A model generated the notes under the pieces. It had not been told where the DNA came from and ran no database searches. It was given only the letters and a program-made list of their open reading frames with translations. A DNA stretch of 64,000 nt from Phoronis australis (Eukaryota; Animalia; Phoronida), in the NCBI GenBank assembly GCA_002633005.1, contig NMRA01000230.1:556201-620200 (forward strand), in the 5' to 3' direction. Positions 13,001 through 24,810 of the stretch are shown in pieces. The stretch's first letter is position 1. Each line of letters opens with the position of its first letter. The position numbers and the translations under genes are program-made.

Positions 13001-14862
13001 ACCCTAATTTAAAGTGGAACTTGCAGACTAATTACTTATCCCTGTGATTTTTGGCGAAGTTAGTTAGAAACGCTACATATAGCAACGATGTGAATATTAA
13101 GTAGGTTGAATATTGCCAAACGTTTTAAGAATGAGTTTCGCGGCGAAAATGATCCGCTGCAAATCACTGAAACGTGTCCAGTAAGTATCGTGGCGTGGTG
13201 CTGGGAAATAACACTGTATGATGCGGGCTATGAGAGCCCGCGACTTAAGTCACTAGTGTAAAGGTCACCTATAATTGCAGGATTTTTGTTTTCCTATTTA
13301 CAAGTTGTCAGTGGATACAATTTTATTTTGTTTAGCGTAGATTGTGTAAAAATAGCATTTTCGTTCTAATTCCTGTTATACATTAGCATAGTTAGAAGCA
13401 TGCAAATACATCTTTAAAAGGAGCGCCTTAGTTAACTAAGTCCATGTATTGATTGATGACGTATACTCTAGGATAAACACTTGGGTGCATGAAAGGGAAT
13501 AAACATGTAACAGCATCTTGTCCATGGAATATTACAGCAATCCATTTTCATTCACACGCTTTACCTGCTTCAACTGAGCCGCTAATTCATCGTTGGTTTG
13601 CATGACGAGTACATATTGGTGTTTGTTGACTTCCATTAACGGCCTTGTCTTCCCAGCTTTAATCCGGCGTATGTGGCGAAACTGAATCAGAGTTAGCTCA
13701 TTGTAATTAGATTGCTCGTGACATCAAAAGCGAATGATGCATAAACTATACATGTACCGAACGATTCAACACAAAAAGTGAGATATTCTCCATGCACGAC
13801 AACAAGACACCAGGGTGTAATCAACTATCATTTTGACGCGGGTTCAGCTGATGTTGGGATACGCACCGAGTGGACTCCAAAAAGGGGATGCGTTTGCAGG
13901 GAGCTTCAAAAGTCACTCTTACTTATTTATGGCTTTCTTTCAAAAATATCATTCTTTTGTCATAAATCTCATCTAATCGCTGGGGTTTAATTTGTTGACT
14001 GAGCTCGAAACAGTAAAAGAAAAGTTGCTATGCCATCCAAATGGATTACATAGTATGTACATGTAACAAAAATTTTTTTTTTTTTTTGAAAAATACTGAT
14101 ATTGACAACTCTCCTGTAAAGATTTGTGCAGTTGGAAAAACGAACATTTTGTAGGTTATCTGTCTTTTAAAGTGATCCCGTGTGCAAGGAATTTTATTGG
14201 AAAAGACATTGACCCTTTGGTAGATTATTTTCAACATTCTGAGAAAGAAATTAGAAAATGCCTTTCATCGATTTTGCACCCAAGAACACTTGTGCTGTTT
14301 CTATGAAGCAATTGTTAAATCTTAAAAGTGCAAGTCTGTACGATTTGTTTAATCGACTAAAATATATTTTGTTAAAACATGCTGAAACTGGTTTACATAC
14401 GTAACCGCCCGTACATAACGATGAACTGCTCCATTTAAAATAATAATTCCAGGCGGTTTGATACACGCTGCACCAGACGTGCGCAGGTCACGCATGTGGG
14501 CAAATTGCAGTGATCACCTGGAACCATTTTTATGCTTTATAAATACATGTATATAGTTAAACCCGAGCTGAGGAGCTACAAACCTGACTCAAGGGTTCAG
14601 CAGTGCGACCCAGTGGGACTCGAACCCACGACCTAGAGTGAAAGAAAGCGGGCACCATACACACTAGGCCACACTGCCTACTCTACTGTTTCATTTATCA
14701 AGAAGCCACACTGTAAAGGACGCAATGGATCAGCGAATTCACAAGGACTGCTTGCGTATGTACGTTCGCGTGAAATGTGCGTCAAATAAAAGGAAGGTCA
14801 ACTTCTCTACTCACGGCATTCTTTTGACGATGGCTCACGGCAGCCCAATTGTTTTCCTCCAT
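3721..14862 (-). CDS. Multi-exon gene (11 coding exons, 673 aa) for an uncharacterised long coiled-coil protein with a Lys/Arg-rich segment and an acidic low-complexity linker
   Basis: Hand-built model: complement(join 3721-4048, 4536-4900, 5452-5562, 5835-5969, 7495-7632, 8158-8360, 9008-9226, 9972-10188, 12377-12517, 13565-13681, 14815-14862). All introns are GT-AG, phases match at every junction, total 2022 nt with no internal stop, and an in-frame TAA lies just upstream of the ATG. Sequence is E/K/Q/L-rich and heptad-like. Confidence 0.85.
4536..4900 (-). CDS. Coiled-coil gene exon 10 (acidic low-complexity linker)
   Basis: Acceptor ttacAG, donor AG|GTATGT, 365 nt, phase 0-2; overlaps ORF 4499-4771. 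Confidence 0.85.
4940..5163. mobile_element. Small PIF/Harbinger-like MITE in an intron
   Basis: Imperfect TIRs caggcccttttcaagaaactgactt / aagtcagttttcttggaacggcccctg with CWG flanks. Confidence 0.5.
5452..5562 (-). CDS. Coiled-coil gene exon 9 (DPSSSESDSGSSGEKKKQRKKRKKKAKKSSKESSDEK)
   Basis: Acceptor cttaAG, donor AAG|GTGAGG, 111 nt, phase 0-0; Ser-rich then basic, NLS-like. Confidence 0.8.
5835..5969 (-). CDS. Coiled-coil gene exon 8 (ANAENGKRL...VSAKTK)
   Basis: Acceptor atttcAG, donor AAG|GTAATA, 135 nt, phase 0-0. Confidence 0.88.
7495..7632 (-). CDS. Coiled-coil gene exon 7 (ITKELFTSKEELL...RSEVQT)
   Basis: Acceptor atcccAG, donor ACA|GTGAGC, 138 nt, phase 0-0; absent from the ORF track. 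Confidence 0.85.
8158..8360 (-). CDS. Coiled-coil gene exon 6 (EERTKLKAK...LEQEKTQ)
   Basis: Acceptor atttcAG, donor CAG|GTGATT, 203 nt, phase 1-0; overlaps ORF 8128-8388. Confidence 0.88.
9008..9226 (-). CDS. Coiled-coil gene exon 5 (VLRDRVVANENE...KVDQLK)
   Basis: Acceptor ctctgcAG, donor G|GTACGC, 219 nt, phase 1-1; overlaps ORF 8982-9209. Confidence 0.88.
9500..9715. repeat. Imperfect (GTT/GCT)n microsatellite in an intron
   Basis: Directly visible trinucleotide runs. Confidence 0.9.
9972..10188 (-). CDS. Coiled-coil gene exon 4 (QEIGQLQGHVRARD...LKEDKR)
   Basis: Acceptor ttacAG, donor G|GTATTA, 217 nt, phase 0-1; overlaps ORF 9946-10161. Confidence 0.88.
11149..11470. repeat. Diverged palindromic (MITE-like) element
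   Basis: tgactgcgttttttcttaa (11189) is inverted relative to ttaagaaaaaaatgcagtca (11401-11420); weaker pairing continues outward. Confidence 0.4.
12377..12517 (-). CDS. Coiled-coil gene exon 3 (KQELIDEGEK...KDKSIKHQ)
   Basis: Acceptor ttacAG, donor CAG|GTAACC, 141 nt, phase 0-0. Confidence 0.85.
13565..13681 (-). CDS. Coiled-coil gene exon 2 (FRHIRRIKAGK...ELAAQLKQ)
   Basis: Acceptor attcAG, donor CAG|GTAAAG, 117 nt, phase 0-0, open frame. Confidence 0.78.
14560..14678 (-). mobile_element. tRNA-derived SINE head or tRNA pseudogene in intron 1 of the coiled-coil gene
   Basis: Minus strand reads ggcagtgTGGCCTAGTGTgtatgg...gtcgtgGGTTCGAGTCCcactggg: Pol III A and B boxes and a T-arm, but no clean acceptor stem or anticodon arm. 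Confidence 0.7.
14815..14862 (-). CDS. Coiled-coil gene coding exon 1 (MEENNWAAVSHRQKNA)
   Basis: ATG at 14862 with upstream in-frame stop; donor GCC|GTGAGT; phase 0 matches exon 2. Confidence 0.7.
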
Positions 14863-17800
14863 CTTATACTTTTTATTCCAAATTCGCTCTTAAGTCGTTT
14901 CAACTCCCGCACAGGTTCTCATCAATCCATCTGCCCATGCTAAACGCCTCTTTCTCAGTGTTGTTGTGGGGTCAACATACCTATACAGTCCTGTTGCTAT
15001 GTTTTATGTATCGATTGCTGCTGAGCGCTTCAGACTCAAGAGAAAAACGGGAAAATTCCGATAAAATCGATTAGGAAATACGGCTTACGCACTTAGTTTA
15101 ATGATCAGGATATTGAATGTTAATTGTCACAGTCTCGACTGCGGAATGATAAGGTATTTTAATGAAATAACTGACGCAACCTACTTAGTAAAGAGGCAAG
15201 TAGTGAACACGAAAATTCGTAATTAGTTAGACATGAACTGCATGTACAGTGTAGTTTACGGAGGCTATTCTAACGTAGAGCGGCACTCCTCTGTCACTGC
15301 GCCACCTATGTGGAAGCTCTCTTAATAAACACCGTGAACCGGTGGCGGAAGGAGTGAGATCTAAGGCCACGATTCGGGCCTTTCTAGAAATTAAGAAAGT
15401 GGGGTGGGTCAGGTTTGACGTTAATTCTGTGGGTTATTGCTTAGAAAAATGCGACGTCACGCAACAATGAAACTTATCCCTCGGGTGTGTTTTAAAGTTT
15501 TGTTCATCCCACTGAGCACAGCACTGTACGTGTCGATTGTCACCTCCCAGCTGTACTCCGGCCCATGGTGGGTTTGCTTATCGTGATTCTTTGGCACACA
15601 GCGGGTGGGACCAAAGTCAGGTGATGATGATGACCACTTCTGATGCCACGCTCGTTCGGGGAGTGCTAATTTTGCAAACGAGAAAAGGCGTTTTACTGCC
15701 CCTAACTTTCGATAGCCACTTAGTGGATCACGCGGCATTCCCTGTTTCGTCCACCTCATCTACGGGGAGAATCCCGGCAGGGGCGTAACTTCTGGGAGGT
15801 GCCGGGGGTATGACGCCGCTAAGCTATTTCAAACATTGGTTTGAGTGTCTGTGAAATCGTAATGCATTCGCCAATATTTGAATCTGCGTCTATACGCAAA
15901 CCCGAAATGATTTGAGTGAAACAAGCTTGAAAGTGGTCGTTCTAGAAACATGTACATGTAGAGGTACACTCCGTTTTCTTAATAGTCGCAGTTATTTGTC
16001 TTGTGGAATGTAAAGTAAAGAATATTACAAATGGTGCTGGCTCGCATAATACTTCTGGATCTACTGCTTGTACATGCGTTTGGTTTGTAACTTAATTCTA
16101 ATAATTTATTTTGTTTGTCAATATTTGCTGCCCTGGTTTTACAGAAGATGTCTGTGAACTTTTTAAGTCAATTAGACATTCCTTTACTTTACTTTTCAAC
16201 ATAATTCTTTATTTAAACAGATCGGAATCGTGCAGTCTTTGCTATGATACATGTCCGTGCCTATGTAAAACCAAGTCGCTAAGAAAATCGACGGGCAAAA
16301 TTACGTCTTGCACCCCCCTGAAAGTAAAATTACTAGTTTTGCCACCATTCGATCTCAGACTCGACAATAGCTGCATTCACCCGCGCCTAATCACTGAAGT
16401 CTACACCGCGCAGTATCGTGCACGCCTTCGTGTACACACAGCCACACAATTTCGCTAAAGGAAGCTGCTTTTAGGGGGCGATAATACGTGCCATTACAAT
16501 GTGATAGTCCAGGGGAAAATAAGTGTTGGCGTTCATGGCATATACTATCGAACCGGCATATTTTATGTCAAGTGCGACAATAACATAAAAGAAGGACTAG
16601 CTTTAAGGTTTAGCTTGTATTTTTTCACTGCAGTTGCCGACACGTGTGTATTGTCTATTTGCGGAGAATTGATGGCTGACGTCCTGACACAGAAATGACA
16701 GGACTCGTCCTTCCCATCACATTTTTTCCATCAATCACTGAGGAAGGACACAGACTGACGTTTGTGTTACGTCAGCAAGTACATTTTACGGCTCCCAAGA
16801 GACATTCATCGTTTGGTAGTCATGGAAATTAATGGTGGGAATCGGATTTTTTCAAAATCGATTAATCGGAAAGCGTTTCCGATTCGACTAGGCTCGAAAT
16901 ATTCTGGATCGGTTTTGAGATAGTTACCGATACTGACAACTCTGTTCGCAATTTATGGGAAGTGGGAGAGAATGAAAACACGCAGGTTCAGCTTGAGAGC
17001 ATCGTATGATGACAAAAGTTGATTTACGTGCGTCCGAGGTTACTTGGCCTTATTTATGTGACTTTTTATAAGTGCTTATTAATAAATGTAGTAGGATGAA
17101 AATTTGAGCATGGCTGAGAAGATATCAGCTCATTTATGGGAATATTTTCAGCTAGATCACAGAATCGATTTTACTGCCTTGGAATCGGTTTCTATTCAAT
17201 GTTTTTCTTTAGCGACGATGTCAGGGACAATTTTGTCGTCTAATTGTTCCAACGTTAATGAAACAAACATTTTTATTCAATTTTGTTATCTGAAACTTTC
17301 GGTTAAAGAATTTTTTGTTATTTAAGAATGCTTTCCCGCAGGATTTTCCGATTTCTTGTAACTGGTTGCATGTCTGTAAACTGATAATACACATACTTGG
17401 CAACATACATGGATCAATGTAATACATTGCGTCACTTCCTAGGGGCTTAAAGGGAAAATATTGGTTTTACGACCAAAAAACACTTTTGAGGATTATTGCT
17501 GGGTAGGACTTTTTGAAGTTATTAGCTTTGAACTAGGCAACAAATAACACAATCCGCGTTTTTGTGGTGTGGTTACCAATTGCCAATTCTCGTCCTTGTC
17601 TGACAGACATTCAGTGAAATCGAGGCAAGTGGCTAATACCATTGAAAACACATAAATATACTTTGTTGTTTATCTAGCGGAATTGAGCTTTACTGGTGTA
17701 GCCTGAGACGCTGCGACCGCTGAGGTTTCAGGGGCGAATCCACGTTGAAGCACGTCTCAGAAAAAAAACTTTCTCGCCGATAATGTTTCTTTGATTCGAC

Positions 17801-19614
17801 ATCTTAATGTACTGCCAAACAAATCTGCTGGATGAAATTCGAAATTTTCTTCTTGACAACCTCCGTTTGCATTGATACCACCTGGATATGGGGTTAATCG
17901 ATATAAAAATATCGAGGTGGCGCTGTAGTTAAGACTTGCCTGAATTTCTAGCGTTTCGCGTTACGGTATGAGCGATGATGTTTGCTCTACCTTTGCAAAA
18001 GTCCTAACAAAGTCACCGACAGTGAACAGCGCCATACTGGCTTACATACATGTAGCTGAATCTGTAAAAGGGTGTTAAAAGCCTCTGTTTCAAGAATACT
18101 AATACCTGAAGCATTGATTCAAGAAAACATTGTACACCATTCACGTTATAAAAACCTACACAATTATGCTTCACGTTCACGTAAATTCTCGATTAAGGCT
18201 ACTAGTTCCGTGAGACAAAATAGTTTATAATTGATTGGACAAGAAAGTCCCGGTGTCGCACAAACGCGCACTTTGAGCGATTGATAGTATTTTCCTGTCT
18301 GCAAAATCGCTAACAGCAGCGCATAAAAAAGTTTCGTGTTTAAAAGTGCATAGACTAATTGAATACTGTTGTGTAATAAGTTATGGGCCTGGTAGAAGGG
18401 CGTGTATGCACAAAACCATAAAACATGTTTTATTGATCCATTTGGCTATGTTTCAGTCTCTGGGTCAACCAGCCAGTGACAGTTTCAATATTTTTAATGA
18501 TTTTTAACTTCCGAAACGGTACCGAATAGTATTTAATACTTAATTTGAAGATCGTTATGAGAAAAGCATTTGTATGTCTGTCGTGGGTAAGATTTTTATG
18601 ATCGTCTACATGCAAGTTTAACGAATTGTCTCTACGCTGTACGGATTTCAAGCAGCTCAAGGTATTGACAGTTGGCGTAAGCAGAAATTTCCGTATTTTT
18701 AGACTAAGTTTAAGTTTTAGACTACAATTGGAATGAAACAGAAAAGGCGCACAAAACGCATAAATCCTCTAAATGTAAGAAGACCCGTAGACCTCAGTGT
18801 ATACGGCCAGTCTACAATGCTCATTGCCCCGGAAGCCAGTCAAGCAATGTACTGGGCATATATCTTCGTGGTTAAATCCTTACGGTGAAAAACGGATTTG
18901 AGCGAAAATGTCTCTTTTATGCGTGTCAAGATAATTTATTTGAGGTAACATAAAATTAAGGGTTCACCAGTCTTCAGTTGAACTCTGTGTGTGCCCCCAA
19001 GCCCCCTAGGCTTATATGGTGCGCTGAACATGCATGAGTAGGCCGTAGAATGGACAAGTAAGCCATTTACTCACACTGGCTGAAAGCGATGTGCACTTAC
19101 CAGTTTTTAGTATAACCAAGTATACTGAAAGCAGAGTAAAACTAAATTTCGCTCTACTGTATAAAACCACACCCATGGAACTGACGGTGTTGGGAATTTA
19201 GTCGCTGCGACGGCCGGTTACTGAACTTTTAAGAGTTCCTCTAAGACGAAATGCATATCCGACATAAAATCGCAACGCACCTGGGATTGCAACACATAGG
19301 CCTACAGTGCTGTAGTGGGGGCGTAGGCGCACGTAGGCACAGACAACCACCTTTTGGCATTTGAACGAAGCGCTTGCGCATCTTAAGTGACGGTATGGTG
19401 GCATGTACATGTAGTAGACCGGCAGCCCAGAGCACTTAGCATAGATGAACGAGGTACCAACATCTGACCACGGGAGCATTTAAAGTCCACCTCAGTATGT
19501 ACAGAAATGGACGTCTGCCGTTGTCTGCACTCTGGGTGTGACCCCTGGGGGCCTTGCAAACAGCCCAAAAATGAGCTAGACTAGATATTCGAGGTACCAA
19601 CCAAAACTGATTNG

Positions 19615-20939
19615 TTTTGGAAATACAGCCACGGGTGCAAAAAAAACAAACCTACCACTAAGAGGCGCAACAGTAGTCAGTCACCATCATCAAACGTCAT
19701 CTTCACACTGAAAGCATGTACGCCAATTTTTTTTCAAAACCATCCCTAGAATGATTTGGTTGATCGAGGGGTGGACGCCAAACACAAGATTTGAAAACAG
19801 CAAAAATGGCCACCGGGTGGTGCAAAATACCTCGATTCCATCCAAAAACAGGATGATAGCGTCATCTCACCAACAGATGCTTATATTCAAAATTTTATGA
19901 AAATCTGTTGAGGACCTGCTGAAGATCCTGTAAACGATGTAATAGATACAGTCATGAGCGCAAAAAACTGCCACTAGGAGGGGCCACAGTAGTCGAATTT
20001 GTCGGAAAATCGTCGTCAGCCATCCACTTCATATCATAGTAAAAACTTACATGCAAATTTTCACAATTATCCTGAAAGCCGTTTGGTTGATAGACGAGTG
20101 GACGCCAAAAAACAGACTCAAAAGCAGTAAAAATGGCCACACGAGGTGGCTCAAACTAGGTCTAACCCGATCTGAAAACGAAGAGATAGCGTCACCTCAT
20201 TAACAGATAACTACATGTATATGTCAAAGTTTATAAAATTCGTTGAGGACCTTTGAACATACAGAGGTAAACGTAAAAATAAAATTGCCAATAGGTGGCA
20301 CACTAGTGGTCAGATCTGTCTGAATGTCGTCGTCATCCGTTGTTAACATCATATAAATACACTTACTAAATTTGGTAAAGATCTTGCGAACAGTTTAGGG
20401 AATACAGCCATAGGCGCTAAAAAAACAAAACTGTCACTATGAGGCGCCACAGTTGTCGAAGTCGTCGGAGAATCATCGTCAGCCGTCCACTTTATAGTAA
20501 GAACATACAATGTACATGCCAATTTTCACAATCATCCTTTAAGCGGTTTGGTTGATAGAAGGTTGGACGCAAAAAACACTCACAAACAGTAAAAATGGCC
20601 ACTAGGTGGCGCAAACCACGTCAAACTCATCTGAAAACGGCAGGATAGCGTCAAATCACTAATAGGTGCCCGATATACCAAATTTTATGAAAATCCGTTC
20701 AGGACTAATGAAGATACAGATGTAAACGTAAAAAAACAAAATTGACACTAGAGGGCACACCGGTAGTCGGTCCATTCGAAAGTTCGCTCATGCCGTCCCA
20801 TCCACGGAAGGAACACGTGCAAAATTTCATGAACATACGTCAAGGCGTTTTGGAGATAGAGCAGCGGACGCCGGACGGACGGACGCCGGACGGACGGAGA
20901 TGACGGCATGATGCGTCCACATATGTGGGCGCATAAAAA
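19615..20939. mobile_element. Non-autonomous Helentron-like element (HINE/DINE-1 type) with internal 145-165 bp tandem monomers
   Basis: Recurrent aaa(a/t)tg(g)ccactag monomers, (GGAC)n microsatellite at 20864-20898, terminal palindrome cgtccacatatgtgggcg followed by cataaaaa. Same family at 35250-35580, 36532-38228 and 38460-41235. Confidence 0.7.
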
Positions 20940-21049
20940 TGTATTTGCATGCTCCTACAACTATTTGTAGTGAACTAAACGACAATGCTGCTTGAACATC
21001 CTCTACGCTAAACAAACTGCAGCTGTATTCATTGACCACTTGTAAATGT

Positions 21050-21860
21050 GAAAACAAAGAACTCCGCAAATAGGTGACCTTTGCACTAATGCTGTACCTC
21101 AGGCTTGTATACACATCCTTGCTGTACGTTGTGTTTCTATTGAACACATTTGGCCAAGCAACGGTCACAGAGATAGCTTAAGCGTGCACTGAATTCCACT
21201 TTAAGCAAGAGGCCTCTGAAGACAGCCATGCAGTTCTCCGCAGATGTTCCAATATGATTCAACAAGGACTGAAACTTTGGACATCTCAGTGGTCCATTCC
21301 GTTTTGCAGTGCGACATGAGGTTATTGCACAAACGATCCTTTTTGTGCACATCACGATTGAGCTGTGTGTCGGAGACTGGAATTGCAGCATGTAGCGCCA
21401 TCTATTTGTTGTTTTGTAAAGTACTGGCGGAGTGACAGCAGTAACACTAATCGAAGTAGACAACATGTCAGTTTTCTTGTTGCCAAAAGACCCAAGATCG
21501 CCCAGAAATGGCACACGTTCGTGAGTCGGACACGGGTATGGCAGTACATTGTGGAGCAAGCGATCACTTCAAGGACTACGCGGTGAAGAATCTTGCTTCG
21601 AAACGTCGAAGAAACGGAGATTTGATGAAGATTTCTCCTAACTAAATGCATTTGATCATCCGACACTGGAAAGGGCGTTCTAAACATGCGCGATGAATTG
21701 CATATATGAAAGATTTGAAGCCCTAAACGAAATATTTACTGCGTCGTGACGAGGAGATAGGGCTCAGCTATCTTCTGTTAGGAATCCCACTGCATCACTC
21801 CTCCGTACATTTCGGTGAACTGACGTTTCTTGGCACTATACATACAAAAGACCCAAGCAT
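21050..21860 (-). pseudogene. Highly decayed Ty3/Gypsy pol fragment (RNase H to integrase zinc-binding region)
   Basis: Frame-shifted pieces GLQIFHI, TDMLS, MSHCKTEW, SYWNICGEL and VFRGLLLK occur in the order expected for Gypsy pol (ADxLSR, GWP, YWxxRxELxVxxGLLLKG). Many disablements. Confidence 0.45.
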
Positions 21861-22089
21861 TTCACAGCCCACCCTGAAATCATTAGTCCTCCCGTTATCT
21901 CTCATTCCTTGTGCATAAACATTTTGTTTTCTACCCTCACTCTCGTTTGCTAACAAAGTTCTGTGTGAAAATGAATATATCCAAGATATTCAAGAAAGAA
22001 AAAGATATATAGAGTACTGTAGCCGTTACACGTACATGTACATGTATCGCTTACACGTGGATCTTTGATTCATCAGGGCGTATTATCGA

Positions 22090-22790
22090 AGCGTTTGGTT
22101 TTTAATGCATAAAACATTAGGCTTTTACTTGTATTTCTTTCAAAACTTTTGTAGAAACAACTGCACAAATAGTGACTTTTTGACGTAATAGGCTTTCTTA
22201 AAACGTTTCTTTCAGGAAGACAATTACGGGATAGTGAAAAAATTAACACAACTTCTAGTCAAATGTTTTTAGTACCACGACATTGACTTCAAGTCTTATA
22301 TTTTAGTACAAATGCTTTACTTGTTGAAATTGATTTCGATTATTAAGGCAATGATTATTTATCGGAAGCTCGTGTGGTACGTACTGATAGGACATACATG
22401 TTATACACATGACTACAAAACTCTACTGCCCCCGTCTGATTGATATTTGATGCGATCATATTTTTAGGGTAAAATCTTGACAAGACAAAGACTATCAAGA
22501 GGAGCTCGCGCGCACGTGCACGTACATCTAAAATAGTCTCCAGTAACTTGAGTGGAAAACACATTACAAGTTTATTTCGTTATAGAAAGTTATGTCTCAG
22601 CCGAAACATCGCATCATCGGCCTAGCATTTAAAGTCATGCCAATGCGGAAACATTTGTTTCCACGCGTGTTACATTTTTGTAGTAATTCCTATTTACGCC
22701 ATATGCATCAAAAACGTATTAGGTACCGAGTATTCTTGAAATCAATATAGGCCTAATGGCTAAATTTCAGTAAAGATCACGTGCAAAACA
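22090..22790. repeat. Inverted diverged copy of the repeat at 30-1315
   Basis: Colinear reverse-complement blocks match 30-240 and 750-1315. Confidence 0.75.
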
Positions 22791-23233
22791 ACGCACAGGA
22801 AGTGAATATCTTTGTCTAACAAGCTTGATAACAAATATTGGGTATTCAAAACACGGTGGCTGATGTACAATCAATGCGTACAACAAGCTTTTTGACACCG
22901 TCGTACAATACAAAGTAGTCAACACGTGGGCAGGTGGCGATACCGTATCGTCATACACGAGTTGGCTTCCCTTGAACTGCCAAGCAACGCGTCGCGGAAA
23001 TCGACGACATTTCGTGTGTTTGCTCAAAAATAATTCTGCAAAACAAAAAGTTTACGAGATAGGGAAACACATGAAATGAAATCATTAATGACCTATATTA
23101 TACAGTTACCGATTATCACCGAGGTCAACATGCTGATTTTAAAACCCTAAAAATGTGTCATTTTGACTTTGGTGAAATTCAGTATTGTTTTATTGTATGA
23201 TTAAATCCTCTGAGTAATTCTTGGAAGGAGTCT

Positions 23234-24149
23234 GTGTTTGGGTTTTCGATTGGAGATCAGTCAGCTACCAAGATGCAGCGAGATTCAAGATATAGGGATG
23301 ACTACGTTGCATTCGTAGAAGGCATTGTTGAGAAGGGTTACACCAAACAGGTTCCCACAGAAAAGCTCCAAACACCCGAAGGCCGCTGCTGGTATCTTCC
23401 TCATGACGGTGTTTATCAAGCAAGCCCGATAACGCGACAAATTTTGTAGATGCTTTCAGGGAATTGAAAGAGGCCCTTGCAGAAATCGATTATGTGGAAG
23501 TTCAACGAACTTTACTCCAGATGGACAATGACTGGAAGTTCAACCCTCCCACAGCCAGCCTGGAGGCGCCTGGGAAAGGCAGATCAGAACGGTGGACAAC
23601 TGCCTCCTTTTAGTGGACAAGGAAGAAGAGGTTATACGACAGGATGCAGGTAGCTGTCTGGATGACGAATCGCTGCGTACTTTGTTCTGCGAAGCGGAAG
23701 CCATCGTCAATTCACGCCCTCTTACTCCAATGACGACCGACGCAGATGATTTGAACCCATTGTCGCCAACCAATATCTTAACCATGAGGTTATCAGTTAT
23801 CCTGCCTCCTCCGGGCCACTTTCAGCGTCAGGATGTTTATATGCGAAAGAGATGGCGTCGTGTTCAGTTTTTAGCGGACCTCTTCCGGAGACGATGGAGA
23901 AACGAATTCCTGCTATCCTTGCAAGCTCGCTCCAAGTGGACTTCGCCGAAGCGTAATGCAAGTATTGGTGATGTAGTTCTCATCAAGGACGACAACCTGC
24001 CTCGTAACAAGTGGTTGATGGGCCGAGTGTCTTGTGTACATCCAGATGATCGTGGTCGTGTACGCCGCCTCGAGGTCAAGACGCTGAACGTGACATTGAA
24101 GCGACCAGTTCACAAGACTGTGGTACTGCTGCCCATGGAGGACCAATGA
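23234..24149 (+). pseudogene. BEL/Pao LTR retrotransposon pol remnant: RT N-terminal fragment fused by deletion to integrase core and C-terminal (DUF5641-like) region
   Basis: YVAFVEGIVEKGY...CWYLPHDGVY, then DNATNFV...[22 protein letters not shown]...LRTLFCEAEAIVNSRPLT...RWRRVQFLADLFRRRWRNEFL...GDVVLIKDDNLPRNKWLMGRV. These are characteristic BEL/Pao motifs. Confidence 0.92.
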
Positions 24150-24232
24150 TTTTGTTAAGTCGGACATTTATGTGATCGATTGTATTTGATTATTTAGTAT
24201 TTGTAATTGTTAAGCCATGCTTCCGGGGGGAA

Positions 24233-24810
24233 TGTTAATGCAGGAGCATTAGTCTTTTGTTTAGGATCTTTATGTCCACTAGAGGCGTTGTATGTACACC
24301 TTAGGGCGTTTCCAGAGTGCATTGTAATTGCTGTCTACCCCCGCTCCTAGGTAATTGTTTATTGGCTAAATAGATGCTACCATTGTAATATAACCAATCA
24401 CAGTGCAGTTTTGATGGTTTTTAGCCTCAGCAGTCATTTACAGCGCTCATTTCGAATATTGGTTTCAATATGTTGTGATGCACTGTAGAGAGATTATTAG
24501 CTGGGCCACGCGGAAAACTCCAGTAAGTACATGTACATGTAATTCTGTTTAGTCTATTCATGTAGGTCTGTTGGACATTGTAGGACTAGTGTTTAATTGT
24601 TGAACTGTAACGGCTGCTTTGTGGTGGTTTTGTTCTATGCGGGTTCGAGTCCCGTGTGCTAGCCGTATTGACTATTGGGTAAGGTTTTGAGAACATTGTT
24701 TGTTTCCGTTGTTTGACAAACTGTATTTATCGTTTGCAGATAACTGTCTCTTCAAGAATAAAACGTTTTAAACGAAGCTGACGCGTTATTCTATAGCCCA
24801 CACTAATACA
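24233..24810 (+). mobile_element. BEL/Pao 3' LTR
   Basis: Begins TGT directly after a polypurine tract ggggggaa, ends ACA, has AATAAA at about 24757. Second copy at 26391-26976. Confidence 0.8.

Noticed and set aside
14600-14678. Functional tRNA gene
   Set aside because: A and B boxes are present but there is no proper acceptor stem or anticodon arm; SINE or pseudogene fits better.
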